A DNA stretch of 64,000 nucleotides from Mobula hypostoma (Eukaryota). The translations under genes were made by a program, and so were the position numbers. Positions 12,618 through 26,390 of the stretch are shown in pieces. The notes under the pieces were generated by a model. It saw only the letters and a program-made list of their open reading frames with translations, made no database searches and was not told where the DNA came from. Within the stretch, counting starts at the first letter, position 1. Each line of letters starts with the position of its first letter. The DNA is taken from the NCBI RefSeq assembly GCF_963921235.1, contig NC_086109.1:35590001-35654000 (forward strand), read 5' to 3'.

Positions 12618-13819
12618 GTAATTTCCCTAGCATCCCCCTTCTCTTCTCTGAAGTGGATCACTCTGGGGGCAGTTGTGCTCACTACAGAAAGCATTGCTAT
12701 GGTCATTACATTGAGGTACAAATGTGGGCCCTGCTTCAAGAAATATGTTTCAGCCAACAATCAGGAATGTAAAGTGTTTGCAATAAGACAGAGACAAGTT
12801 AAGCACTTGGGCAGGAAATTGGCAAGTGAAGAAATATTTTAAAACATGATTGTGAGAACATTAGTCTAAGAAATGATAATTGGGATCTCCTGAATTGTTG
12901 CCAGAATCTATCCTGTTCATTATCTCTCATCAGAGAAGAGAACCTGTCAGTCTTACCAAATCTCTATATATGATTCTGAACTCAGCAATATAGTCAACTT
13001 TTAACTTGCCTCCAGAAATGGGCTAACAAGCCATTTAATTCAGGAGCAATTAAGGATGAACAACAAATACTAGAATTGTGAATGAAATCCCCAAATCATG
13101 GCTGAGGACATTAAAAAATGTTGATTACAATTTCATATGTAAAATTCAATTTAATCTATACTGACTCATGTTATAAGGGATTAAATTTCAGAAAAAAACT
13201 AATTGGCTGAAAGGTGCTTAGGGATACGTAAAATTATGGCAGTGTCATCTCTGTTTTTCTCAAAGTTAAAATAAAGTGGATTGCCATTTCCACTTTATTT
13301 ATTCCCCTGGTGCTGTATATTCAACTTCCATTAAGAAGTTACAACATTATGATGAGCACAGTTACTTAATGAGACGAGAGGACCAGTAAATCTGTAGTTA
13401 AGTGTACAAAAGCCCAATTTATGCTATTAACTTCCTTGTTGGAAAAGCAAAATGCAAAAGAGGGTCAAGTCCTCAAAAGCATTAGATTTAAGTTGCATGA
13501 TAATTTTTTCTCTCATTGCCACCTTGGTAGCAAGCTTTGCTTATAAACAAGGGAGATATTACTCTGATGCATTTAGAAGGAAAAATAATCACTACATCTG
13601 CACCATTTTCTTGCTTACTCCTGCAGTGAGCGTTCCTCACTCAGAAAACAGCAATAAAAAAACTCATTTTGCCATGCATCTGAAATCCGAAAGATAAGTT
13701 ACACTGTAAATTTTTTCTTCCTTTCTTTGCCTCAGGCTAATTGTTACTTCTGGAAACAGAAAATGAGAAATAAGTGTTTTGTGATCCACTCAGATATGTT
13801 GTTTATCAGCTGGTGGTGG

Positions 13820-14471
13820 AACAGCACCGGTGGAATTCACAACCGGGTCCCAACACATTGATGCAGCTATAAAGAAGACAACAGAGCGAATATACGTATT
13901 TCATTCGGAATTTGAGTAGATTCGGCTTCTCAATAAAACGCTTGAAAACTTCTACAAATGTACCATGGAGAGCATTCTGACAGGCTGCATCACTGTCTGG
14001 CATGGGAGGTGGGGGAGGGTGGCTACAGCACATGATTGTAAGAAGCTACAGAAAGTTGTAAAATTAGCTCCACCATGGGTACTAGCCTCTGCAGCGTCTA
14101 AGACATCTTTAAGGAGCAGTGCCTCAGAAAGGCAGCATCCATAATTAAGGACCATTATCACCCAGTGCATACCCTCTTCTGATTGTTACCATCAGGACAG
14201 AGGTACAGAAGCCTGAAGGCACACATTCAAGAACACAGGAACAGCTCCGTCCCCTCTGCCATCTAATTCTTAAATAGACGTTGAACCCATGAACACTATC
14301 TCACTTTATTTTTCTGTTTTTGCACTATTTAATATACATGTAAACTTACTGTAATCTATTTATTTATTTATTTTTCTATATTTATTATATATTGTATTAT
14401 ACTGCTGCCCTAAGTCAACAAATTTCACGACATATGCCCATGATATTCATCCTGATTCTGATTCTGATTCT
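13820..14471 (+). mobile_element. Rex1/Babar-type LINE 3' fragment
   Basis: aacttctacaaatgtaccatggagagcattctgacaggctgcatc; tail cctgattctgattctgattct. Confidence 0.85.
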
Positions 14472-14474
14472 AAG

Positions 14475-16300
14475 CCATCGACGGCTTTCTCGTAGATGAT
14501 GAAGTTGACTTAGAGAGAGGTATTTGACTGACTGTTTTATAATTATTCTTAAGATAGAAATCTGGTTTGTACAGGAGAAATCTTTCTCAAAGCCTGCTTG
14601 CTGGACCCTTAATTCTGCATCAACAGCTTGTTGAAAGTGTTGCAGAATTATTCTGTTTAGCACCTTTCTGACCACAGACATTAAGGATATATCGCTGTAG
14701 TTTTCAGTCTCCTAGGTCACCTTTCTTTGGAAGCTTGGTCATGCGACTTTCCTTCCACTCTTGTAGCACCTCTTCTTTGTCCCAGATGTTGCAGAACAAA
14801 GTGTATAGGATATCTGCCGAAAGTTTAGGGTCTGCCTTCAATGCCTCTGATGGTACCAGCTGTTGTTTCTGAATTTAGCCTCTTGATTGCCAGTATGATT
14901 TCCTTCTTTGATGGCATGGCAATGTTGACTTCCAAGTCTGTTGGCGCTTCTGGAATTAAAGGAGATTCTGGAGGAGGTGGTCAGTTCAGAAGCTCATTGA
15001 AGTACTGTGCCCAAAGTTGGAAGTGTTCATCTTCTTTAGTTAGGTCATTTCCATCTTTATCCTTCACATAGGTGTTGATATGGTTGAATTTTCCAGTGAG
15101 TTTCTTGGGAGTATTGTATAGTTCTTTCATATTCCCATTTGCTGAAGCTTCTTCCGCTTGGGACACAAGGGTGTTGATGTATTCTCCCCTGTCCCTCTTG
15201 ATGTTTCCCGTTACTTCCTGTGCACTCTTCATATTCCCTCTGTGCCTCTGCTTTCTCATTCCAATTTCTTCTTCTAGTGTTCCCTTCTTGTTAATTGTTT
15301 CCACCGTTCCTGATGTAATCCACTCCCAATGCTCAATGCACTTCCTCACGTCTCATTTATTTCCTTTTTGACAGCAGTCCATTCTTCTTCGATATCAAGG
15401 TCCTCAAGTGCCTGGAACCTGCCGGAAAGTGTGAGAGCAAATTCCTGAGCTGTTTCTCTGTCTTTCAGGTAGCTCACATTGTACTTCAGTCACTGACTGA
15501 GTGATGCATAGCTTCTTTTTAGCTTCATCTGTACTTTGGTGATCAGAAAATGGTTGTCTGATCCTGCATCTGCACCACATTCACTCTTACATCATGGAAT
15601 GATCTTCAAAACTTCCTTGAGAGGCAAACGTAGTTGATCTGGTTCTCTATTAACTTGTTTGATGATATCCTTGTCACCTTGTGTATTTTCTTGTGTGGGA
15701 ATAAGCTTCCTCCAATAACTAGATTGCAGTTAGCACAAGTTTGAGCAAATTGTTCCCTATTTTCAATCATTTCTTTGAAACTGTGTTTCCCTATTGCCTG
15801 TTCGTATCCTGAATTATGCCTGCCTATTTTGGTGTTAAAATTTCCCATGACAATAGTCAAGTTCTTTCTCCTTCCCTCTGCTGATGCATCCAATGAGTGC
15901 ATTGTAGAACTCGTCTTTGTCTTCTTCATTAGCATCATTTGTTGGTGAATAACTTTGGATTACTCGTGCTATTATCCTCTGGTGTTTAGTTTTAAAGCTA
16001 GCAGTGATAATTCTGGACCTGATGGCCTGCCCGTGTGATCATGGCTCTACGTGGTTCTGGTGTCATCTTGAAGGCTACACCTTCTGTATGTGGTGCATCA
16101 TTGCTCTGGTGATACTTATCCTGTCTGTCAGTTCAGCTTCTCTAGATGATGTTCATCTTGTCTCAGTCAGATAGTTTGCACCGTTTCATCTCATTTGCTA
16201 TGGTGGTGTATTTTTCCTGCCTGGTCCATGGTTTTCACATTCTAAGTACCCAAGGTAGGTTTTGACTTCGAAGACAAAAGACTTGTTGCCTGTGCAGGAT
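14475..16300 (-). mobile_element. RTE-clade LINE (APE endonuclease through N-terminal RT), decayed and 3'-truncated
   Basis: APE motifs IVMGNFNTKIG...NLVIGGSLFPHKKIHKVT..S....ENQINYVCLSRKF; linker AEEASANGNMKELYN..KKL; RT start LRVQQAGFEKDFSCTNQISILRIIIKQS. Confidence 0.85.
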
Positions 16301-16499
16301 CCTGATGACTTTCCCTATGCTTACCCAATGTTGAGCCTCTTCTCACAAAGTTGATGGTATAGTTAGAGTTCATCAATGCTTCTGTAATCCATTGTATCCA
16401 CTGTACAGGGGATTGACCTTTACAAGAGAGCCTTTTTGGCTGCCATTATCCATTTCCACCTCTCATGGCAGGGATATAAGGTTGGACTTTGAGAAGCTG

Positions 16500-16990
16500 T
16501 TTTATTATCTCGCTCAACCCTGTTTTCTTGCCTTCTCCCTGTAACTTTTGATGGCTTTACTGATCAAGAATCTATCAACCTCTACTTTAAATGTACCTAA
16601 TGACTTGGCCTCCTTAGCCATCTATGACAATGATTCACCACCCTCTCGCTAAAGCAATTCCTCCTTATCTCTATTCTAAAGAGATGTCCTTGCATTCTCA
16701 GGCTGTTCCCTCTGGTCCTAGACTCCCTCACTAAAGGAAATATCCTCTCTACATCCACTCTATCTAGGCCTCTCAATACTCGATTGGTTTCAGTGAGAAT
16801 CCCCTCAGTCTTCTCATCTCCTAAAGCTTTCAAACACTCCTCACTCTTCCATTTCATTTCTTGGATCATTCATTCTCATGAACATCCTCTGGACCCTCTT
16901 CAATGTTAGCACATCCTTTCTTAGATAAGGGGCTCACAGCTGCTCACAATACTCTAAGTGTGGTCTGACCAATGCCTTATGTAGCCTGAA
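16500..16990 (-). mobile_element. CR1 3' fragment
   Basis: Peptide LRGLDRVDVERIFPLVRESRTRGNSLRMQG..FRIEIRRNCFSERVVN. Confidence 0.85.
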
Positions 16991-18256
16991 CTAATTAAGA
17001 TGATGGAACCTAATACCTTCTCACCACATTTGGTCCATATCACTCCATTCTATGCATATTCATGTGCCTATCTAAGAGCTTTAAAATACCTCTATTGTAT
17101 CTGCCTCCACTACCAATCTTGGCAGTGCCAAAATCTAACACATTTGGCTACATGCGTTAACCAATGCAAGTCTGCTGTAAGCAAGCAGAGCTTTTAATGG
17201 ATCAATAAGAAAATATATCAAATATAATAGGTAAATAGCTGAAATATACCAAGATAATAATTATTTTTATTATAGAACATAATTACTTTAACTCAGCAAC
17301 AATGCAATTTATAAGCATAATAGCTATGTCGATATTTTTTACTCCCAGTTATTTTTTTCATAAGTATGTCTGTAAATTAAATTAAACTAAATTAAAATTA
17401 ATTAAACTGTCCCTTGTGTGTAGATGAGTGGGAAAATATAGGCGCAGCTAGTGGGAATGTGGGGAAGGTTTAGCATAGAAATAGGTGTTTATAGTTGGTG
17501 TGGACTTGATAGGCTAAAGACTGTTACCATTTTGTGTCTCAGTCATTAATATGTTTAGCATTTGGTAAATCCATGTACAATTAGTACTATTATTACTGAT
17601 TGTCTATTGTGAACATATACTTGAAACACAAGGAAACTAAATGTGCCGTGATTTTTGATAGGAAATTAATTATTCCACTGTTCCATGCCTGGTTTCTACA
17701 ATTGAATTAAGCCTTGCGTTCTTTAACATAGTTACGTAATTTGATACATAAATCACCACAAATTAAATCATTGAGCTTTTCCTTTTGAAACAGCAATAAC
17801 ATTTCCATGAATCATTAATGAAATAACTATATTGTTCAGTTTAGAAGAACAACATATGAACTTAATCCATTTTAAGAAAGCTTAGAGATATCTTCAGCAT
17901 ATTAGTGGTGGCTGGAACTAGAATAGAATTACACAAGCATCATTTTTACTGCTGTAAAGTAGTAAAAGAACATTCAGTTATTTTGATGGTTTAGTTATCA
18001 GATGTTTCTATTAGAAGAATTACCAGACACATTCTTGTAAAATCCAAAGTGTATAAATAATATGAATTTCAGTTTTTTAAAATGACCATTTACACCTTGC
18101 TTCCGCTTCCTAACCAATTTTTTTTAAAATGTAAAATGTTATTGGATCCCGATGCTGTTGTGATCTAATGGTTCTTTGGAAGTTAAGATTGAGACATATA
18201 ACATATTGCTTACGATCATTTTATTAAGTGTTACAAGCTAAAGTGTGAAGCATGGT

Positions 18257-18437
18257 GAGAGATAAAGAGGAGAGTGAGAGAGAGAGTGAGCGAGAGAGAA
18301 AGAGAGATAGAGACACAGAAAGAGAGAGAGAGACAGACAGAGAGAGCAAGAGAGGGAGCAAGATAGATAGATAGAGAGCAAAAGATAGAGAGAGACAGAG
18401 AGAGAGAGAGGGAGGGGGAGAGAGAGAGGGAGGAAAG
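18257..18437. repeat. Imperfect (GA)n/(GATA)n microsatellite
   Basis: Directly visible purine tract. Confidence 0.95.
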
Positions 18438-19445
18438 AATATGAACAAAGGTGATCTGGTCTTCTTACACCAGAACACTGATTCCATCGAAATTCCAACA
18501 GATTACAATTAACTATTTAATAGCCAGATTCAAAGAATGACATGTCCCTCTGAAACCAAAAATATAGAGCCAACTGTAACCACTGAAAAACTCACTGGAC
18601 AATTATGTGTCTATAGCTGATAATATAAAAATACAATCAAGCACAAGAAAGTTAAACTCAAAAAAAAACAATTATGCAGCCCAACACACAGTCAATTAAA
18701 ATAGCTGGGATACTAAAAGCAGAGAGAACGAGTAAAAATCTAGTGACTACTAAACATGGATTCCAATGACATGTACATGTTTGGATTCCAAATTGTACTT
18801 ATTAGAAATGGTTTTATGTTTATTAACATTTCAAAACTCATCAAACACGACAGTGTGTGGTTTCAAAATAAGCTTCTTCATTTTGAATGTGGCCCACTCG
18901 ACACAATGGATAGGTCATTAAGATAGTAACAATATGTGCAATATAATCCGCTGCAACATCACTTATTCTCTAGAAAATGCTCTGCTGGTTCTGTAACTTG
19001 CTCCAAGCAGGTAAAATCTATGCTGATGGCTGGGAAACATCCCTTGAAGTAAAAAAAAGATTTAGAATGTGTGTTCAAATGCCTGCTTTCAGCGTAAAAT
19101 AATATTTTCTGTCCTGCATTCTCCAATATATACATTGAGTTATTGATAATTTTTTATTGGACTTTCAGGTGGAAATATACAGGAATGCATTACATCCTAA
19201 TTGACTAAGCCACTGTATCATATGAGTGCAGATTCAAAATGAAGATGCTTATCTAGAATTTACTGATACTGCAAAGCTTGATGAGCTTTGAAATCTCAGT
19301 GAGAAAGTTTTTTTTGTGTGGGAGCAGAGTTGCTATTGGATAAAAGGTTTTAATAAATCAGGCAGTTTGTACAGTTGGTAATTAAGCCAAGCTATGCACA
19401 GATAATAATGGTATAACTTGCAGCACTCATAATTATTATGATATA

Positions 19446-19668
19446 CAGTATTGTGCAAAAGTTTTAAAAGAAAATTGGCCGGTAAGTTGTTCCAAGCATC
19501 TTGGAGAACTTACCACGGTTCTTCTACAAACTTTGGCTGTCTCAGTTGCTTCTGTCTTTCCGGGTAATCCCAGACATGCTTGATGATGTTGAGATCAAGG
19601 CTATGCGGAGGTCATCCCATCTGAAACCATATAAAAATCAAGGTGCTGAAGACTTTTGCACAGTACTG
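19446..19668. mobile_element. Tc1/mariner-type MITE
   Basis: 17-bp TIRs cagtattgtgcaaaagt / acttttgcacagtactg (16/17 match); TA on the left, TG (mutated TA) on the right. Confidence 0.8.
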
Positions 19669-19724
19669 TGTACCAAACAGATAACTATATGGTGCACACG
19701 TGTTTTTAAAATAGAGAACCATAG

Positions 19725-20058
19725 CTGTGGTAGATAGTCAGAGTCCTTTTCCTAGAGTGGAAATGTCAAATACTAGAGGGCAGAGATTTAAGTTGCGAGG
19801 GAGTAAGTTTAAAGGAGATTTAAAAAGCAAGATTTTTATACAGAGGTTGCTATTTTCCTGGAACACACCACCGGAGGGAGGAGGGTTGGTGGTTGAGACA
19901 GATGTGATAGTCACATTTAAGAGGCATACAGACAGTGGCTTGAACAGGCAGAGAATGGAGGGAGCTAGATCATATGCAGGCAGATGGGATTTATTTAGAA
20001 TGGCATCATGGTTGACATAGATGTTGAGAGCTGAAGGGACTGTTCCTGTTCTATATTC
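19725..20058 (+). mobile_element. CR1 3' fragment
   Basis: Peptide VDSQSPFPRVEMSNTRGQRFKLRGSKFKGD. Confidence 0.8.
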
Positions 20059-20732
20059 AATCAAATGAAAGAAAGAAATAGATATCCACTTCTGATACAC
20101 TATGCTTTGACAGGGTGCACGCTACAAGAATTCACTGATGGACTTCACACTGAGCTGAGACACATCCACTCACTGAAAGCTCATGCTCAATACTTACAAA
20201 ATAAGTCAAGCTAAGAAAACGTTATGACTTGTGCGTTCAACAGCACAGGATAATTTAACAATATTATGATAATTACTTCTAACCAATCACTGTGACACTG
20301 AAATGTAAGTTTATGAGCAAGAACTGTTACTCTTTTAGAAGATTATTGGTATGAGTGACATATGAAAATAAATATTTTCTCTCTATCACCCTTATCTTGC
20401 TTATTCCTAATCTACCCATTATTCAATACCATTTTTTTTCCTGCTATATGTACACGATTTATCATTTCTAGTTTTCGACTGGCTGAATTGGATTATTGCC
20501 TAAGCAATGACTTGCCAGACTAGTTGAAAAGCATCATTGTTTCTTAACCTGTTAATAGCTTTCAAAGATTACTCTGTAGAATCAGTCACCAAATAATAAC
20601 AGGAAAAGGATAGTGATATGCATCTCTCAAGAAGATGAAGGAACATATGCCATTTTGACCAAAGTAATGGTTTTATCCATTACTATCATTTTCATAAGCA
20701 AACATCAATTTGCTTGATAATTGAAACTAATG

Positions 20733-21990
20733 GAACATAGAACATAGAACATAGAACATAGAATAGTACAGCACAGTACAGGCCCTTCAGCCCACAATGT
20801 TGTGCCGACCCTCAAACCCTGCCTCCCATATAAGCCCCCACCTTAGATTCCTCCATATACCTGTCTAGTAGTCTCTTAAACTTCACGAGTGTATCTGCCT
20901 CCACCACTGACTCAGGCAGTGCATTCCACGCACCAACCACTCTCTGAGTAAACAACCTTCCTCTAATATCCCCCTTGAACTTCCCACCCCTTACCTGAAA
21001 GCCATGTCCTCTTGTATTGAGCAGTGGTGCCCTGGGGAAGAGGCGCTGGCTATCCACTCTATCTATTCCTCTTATTATCTTGTACACCTCTATCATGTCT
21101 CCTCTCATCCTCCTTCTCTCCAAAGAGTAAAGCCCTAGCTCCCTTAATCTCTGATCATAATACATACTTTCTAAACCAGGCAGCATCCTGGTAAATCTCC
21201 TCTGTACCCTTTCCAATGCTTCCACATCCTTCCTATAGTGAGGTGACCAGAACTGGACACAATACTCCAAGTGTGGCCTAACCAGAGTTTTATAGAGCTG
21301 CATCATTACATCGCGACTCTTAAACTCTATCCCTCGACTTATGAAAGCTAACACCCCATAAGCTTTCTTAACTACCCTATCCACCTGTGAGGCAACTTTC
21401 AGGGATCTGTGGACATGTACCTCGAGATCTCTCTGCTCCTCCACACTACCAAGTATCCTGCCATTTACTTTGTACTCTGCCTTGGAGTTTGTCCTTCCAA
21501 AGTTTACCACCTCACACTTCTCCAGGTTGAACTCCATCTGCCACTTCTCACCCCACTTCTGCATCCTATCAATGTCTCTCTGCAATCTTTGACAATCCTC
21601 TACACTATCTACAACACCACCAACCTTTGTGTCATCTGCAAACTTGCCAACCCACCCTTCTACCCCCACATCCAGGTCGTTAATAAAAATCACGAAAAGT
21701 AGAGGTCCCAGAACAGATCCTTGTGGGACACCACTAGTCACAATCCTCCAATCTGAATGTACCCCCTCCACCATGACCCTCTGCCTTCTGCAGGCAAGCC
21801 AATTCTGAATCCACCTGGCCAAACTTCCCTGGATCCCATGCCTTCTGACTTTCTGAATAAGCCTACCATGTGGAATCTAGTCAAATGCCTTACTAAAATC
21901 CATATAGATCACATCAACTGCACTATCCTCATCTATATGCCTGGTCACCTCCTCAAAGAACTCTATCAGGCTTGTTAGACATGATCTGCC
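20733..21990 (-). mobile_element. Young 5'-truncated CR1 LINE with (TGTTCTA)n tail
   Basis: Tail gaacata x4 at the left end; uninterrupted 336-codon RT C-terminal ORF; close sibling at 62068-63690. Confidence 0.95.
20812..21822 (-). pseudogene. CR1 ORF2 reverse transcriptase, partial
   Basis: Motifs SGVPQGSVLGPLLF, KFADDTK, LVRPHLEYCVQFWSP; 5'-truncated. Confidence 0.9.
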
Positions 21991-22074
21991 ATAATAGACA
22001 ACCATTGCACAAAAATAAGCTGTGGAAATAGCATTTAAACACTACTAGAAATGAATGAAAAAAGACCTTGAATT

Positions 22075-24690
22075 TAAGGTAAGGAACAGAGCAGAAAGCT
22101 CAAGAAGGGATCGTACAGTATGGCCAAGTGAAATAGGAATAGGAATTGATATGGGAGGTGAGGGGAGTACCTACGAGAATTAAAGGTATTATATATGAAT
22201 GCACGGAGTATAAGAAATAACGTAGCTGGGCTTGAGGCACAGTTGGAAATTGGCAAGTATGATGTTGTGGGAATAACAGAGACATGGCTTCAAGTGGATA
22301 GGGCCTGGGAGATGAATATTCAAGGGTATACGTCCTATCGAAAGGACAGACTGATGGACAGAGGGGGTGGGGTGGCTCTGTCGGTGAGGAATGATATTCA
22401 GTCCCTTGCGAGAGTGGACATAGAATCAGGAGATGTAGAGTTGCTATGGATAGAACTGAGAAATTCTAAGGGTAGAAAGACCCTAATGGGAGTTATCTAC
22501 AGGCCACCAAACAGTAGTCTGGATGTAGGTTGTAAGTTGAATCAAGAGTTAAAATTGGCATGTTGCAAAGGTAATGCTACAGTTGTTATGGGGGATTTCA
22601 ACATGCAGGTAGACTGGAAGAATCAGGTTGGTACTGAACCCCAAGAAAGGGAGTTTGTGGAGTCCCTCCAAGATGGATTCTTAGAACAGCTTGTACTGGA
22701 GCCTACCAGAGAGAAGGTAATTCTAGATTTAGTGTTGTGTAATGAACCTGATTTGATCAAGGACCTCGAAGTAAAGGAGCCATTAGGAGGTAGTGACCAT
22801 AATATGATAAGTTTTAATCTACAATTTGGCATAGAGAAGGGAAACTCGGAAGTGTCAGTATTACAGTTGAACAAAGGGAACTATGGTGCTATGAGGGAGG
22901 AGCTGGCCAAAGTTCAATGGAACAATACCCTAGCAGGGATGACAATGGAACAGCATTGGCAAGTGTTTCTGGAAATAATGCGGAAGGTGCAGGATCAGTT
23001 CGTTCCAAAGAGGAAGAAAGATCCGAAGGGGAGTAAGGGGAGGCCGTGGCTGACAAGGGAAGTAATGGACAGTATAAAAATAAAAGAGAAGTATAACATA
23101 TCAAAGACGAGTGGGAAGCCGGAAGATTGGAAAACTTTTAAAGAGCAACAGAAGGTATCTAAAAAGGCAATATACAGAGAAAAAATGAGATACGAAGGTA
23201 AACTCGCCAAGAATATAAAGGAGGATAGTAAAAGCTTCTTTAGGTATGTGAAAAGGAAAAAAAATAGCTAAGACCAAAATGGGTCCCTTGAAGACAGAAA
23301 CGGGTGAATTTATTATGGGGAACGAGGAAATGGCAGATGAGTTGAACAGATACTTTGGATCTGTCTTCACTAGGGAAGACACAAACAATCTCCCAGATAT
23401 AATAGTGGCCAAACGACCTAGGGTAATGGATGAACTGAGGGAAATCTATATTAGGCAGGAAATGGTGTTGGATAGACTGTTGGGTCTGAAGGTTGTAAGT
23501 CCTCGGGACCTGATGGTCTACATCCCAGCATACTTAAGGAGGTGGCTTTAGAAATCGTGGACGTGTTGGTAACCATTTTCCAATGTTCTATAGATTCAGG
23601 ATCAGTTTCTGTGGATTGGAGGGTGGTTAATGTTGTTCCTTTCTTCAAGAAGGGAGGAAGAGAGAAAACAGGGAATTATAGACCGGTTAACCTGACATCG
23701 GTGGTGGGAAAGATGCTGGAGTCAATTATAAAAGATTAAATTACGACACATCTGGATAGCAGTAACAGGATTGGTCCGAGTCTGCATGGATATACGAAGG
23801 GGAAATCGTGCTTGACTAATCTTCTGGAATTTTTTGAGGATGTAACTATGAAAATGGACAAGGGAGAGCCAGTGGATGTAGTGTACCTGGACTTTCAGAA
23901 AGTCTTTGATAAAGTCCCACATATGAGATTAGTGGGCAAAATTAGGGCACACAGTTAGGAAAAGGGGAAGTACAACGAGATCTGGATGTTCTTGTACATC
24001 AGTCACTGAAAGCAAGCGTGCAAATACAGCAGGCAGTGAAGAAAGCTAATGGCATGCTGGCATTCATAACAAGGGGAATTGAGTATAAGAGCAAAGAGGT
24101 CCTTCTGCAGCTGTACAGGGCCCTGGTGAGACCACACATGGAGTACTGTGTGCAGTTTTGGTCTCAAATTTGAGGAAGGACATTCTTGCTATTGAGGGAG
24201 TGCAGCATAGGTTCACAAGGTTAATTCCCAGGGTGGCGGGACTGTCATATGTCGAAAGCTTGGAGTGACTGGGCTTGTATACTCTGGAATTTAGAAGGCT
24301 GAGAGGGGATCTTATTGAAACATATAAGATTATTAAGGGATTGGACACGCTGGAGGCAGGAAGCATGTTCCCGCTGATGGGTGAGTCCAGAACCAGAGGC
24401 CACAGTTTAAGAATAAGGGGTAGGCTATTTAGAACGGAGTTGAGGAAAAGCTTTTTCACCCAGAGAGTGGTGGATATATGGAATGCTCTGCCCCAGAAGG
24501 CTGTGGAGGCCAAGTCTCTGGATGCTTTCAAGGAAGAGATGGATAGAGCTCTTAAAGATAGTGGAAACAAAGGTAATGGGGATAAGGCAGGAACTGGATA
24601 CTGATTGTGGATGATCAACCATGATCACAGTGAATGGCGGTGCTGGCTCGAAGGGCCAAAAGGCCTACTCCTGCACCTATTGTCTATTGA
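22075..24690 (+). mobile_element. CR1 LINE ORF2 (APE endonuclease + RT) with internal deletion of the RT core
   Basis: APE motifs NARSI, GITETWL, GGGVAL, YRPP, MGDFN, GSDHN (22195-23271); GNYRPVNLTSVVGK; DFQKVFDKVPH then a jump at ~23953 to LGKGEVQRDL; tail cctattgtctattg. Confidence 0.92.
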
Positions 24691-24879
24691 ATTGTTTGGA
24701 GGCAAGTTTCTATAATAGAGATCTTGTTTGGTACCAGCAAGTTTCATTAAGTTCATCATAGTTGTGAAGGGTCTATGGCTAAAATGTTGACAGTTCAATT
24801 CCCTCCATAGATGCTGCCCGACCTGCTGAGTACCTCCAACATTTATGTGTGTTGTTCAGTCATAACTGAATAACCTGGA

Positions 24880-25560
24880 CCACCGGGTTTATCCACCTGG
24901 ATCGGATCCTCAGCACTGGTGTTTCTGAGGGTTCTGTGCAAATTCTCTTTGTATACCCATGATTGTATGGCAAGATATAGCAGTTATTAAGCTCCTGATG
25001 ACACCATGGTTATCAGTTGGCTGACCAACATGGTTTGATAAGTATACTAAAGAGATTACAAACCTTGTGTCGTGGTCTCAGAACAGCAACTTAACCTCTA
25101 ACGTCACTAAGAGGATAGAGTTGCTTGTTGAACTAAGGAAACGGGGAAGAAATGAACACAATCCTATCCTTACTGAGGACTTGCTGTAGAGATGGTCAAC
25201 GGTTTCAAGTTTCTTAACATCCGTACCCATCTCACCTAGTCCTTTCACACTGATGCAGTGATCAAGAATGCTCATTAGCATTTGTACTTCCTTAGGCATC
25301 GGAGAAGATTCAGCTTTCCCGAAAGGATCCTTTAGAATCTCTGTAGAAAATAACAGAAAAGGTATCCCAATGGGTTGCGACTCAGCCCGGTGTCTCAGCT
25401 GCTCTTCTCCAGACCAAAAGAACCTGCTGAGGATGGTAAACACTGTCCAACCCTTCACGAGCTTGACATATCTTTCCATCCAGTCCATTTTCACTGTGCA
25501 TTGCTTCAAGAAGCCTGGTGGTACTCTAATCCTGTTTTACTGAAGCAGAGCCTGTGGAGG
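24880..25560 (+). mobile_element. Very decayed Rex1-like LINE fragment
   Basis: attaagctcctgatgacaccatggttatc (K.ADDT.V-like) and aacagcaacttaacctctaacgtcactaagaggatagagttg (NNL.LN..K.EL-like). Confidence 0.45.
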
Positions 25561-25744
25561 CGAGGCTGGTTTCTATGATGTGTGGAGCTCCGCAGTTTCT
25601 TGTGGGCAGAGCAGTTGTAATACCAGATTGGGTGCTTTTTACGGGGCAGTGAACAAAATGGTGAGGGTCATAGTGTCAGGCATATTTCATTAGCCTTCTC
25701 TCTTTCAAAGATCTCGAGAAAGTCTTCCATGCCCTTATATCCTC

Positions 25745-26390
25745 CCGCTTGGACTACTCCAACTCCCTGTATACTGGGATTAGTCAGTCGTCCCTGTCCC
25801 GCCTGCAACTGGTCCAGAACGCCGCAGCCAGGCTCCTGACAGGTGCCTGGAAGAGGGACCATATTACTTCTATCCTGGCCTCTCTCCACTGGTTACCAGT
25901 AAGGTTTAGAATTGATTTTAAGGTTCTCCTGTTTGTTTATAAAGCCCTAAATGGGCTGGCCCCCTCCTATATCACACACCTTCTAACCCCTTATTCTACT
26001 TCCAGGTCCCTCAGGTCGGCTGACTTGGGGCTCCTGGCTGTCCCACGATCTAAATTTAAGTTCAGGGGTGACCCCACCTTTGCTGTTGTAGCCCCTAGAC
26101 TGTGGAACAGCATTCCCCTCCCTATCAGATCTGCCCCCTCCATTGACTCAATATATTAAGTCCAGGCTCAAAACTTACCTTTATTCACTAGTGTTTGAAT
26201 CTTCCTGATGTGGCTGACTTTTGGCTTGTGCCTAGGTTCGTGTTGTTTATTTTGTGCCTATAAGCTGTGTGTCTTGTTGCTTATATCTGTGTTGTATTTG
26301 TGATTTTAACTACCTGATATGGTTTGTACAGCACTTTGGTCAACATGGGTTGTTTTTAAATGTGCTTTATAAATAAATTTGACTTGACTT
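25745..26390 (+). mobile_element. L2-clade LINE 3' end
   Basis: ORF LDYSNSLYTGI...RLQLVQNAAARLLTG..KRDHITSILASLHWLPVRFRIDFKVLL; tail aaataaatttgacttgactt. Confidence 0.92.

Noticed and set aside
18224..18498. Leu/Ser-rich membrane protein ORFs (also 49615-49797)
   Set aside because: Translations of (CT)n microsatellites.
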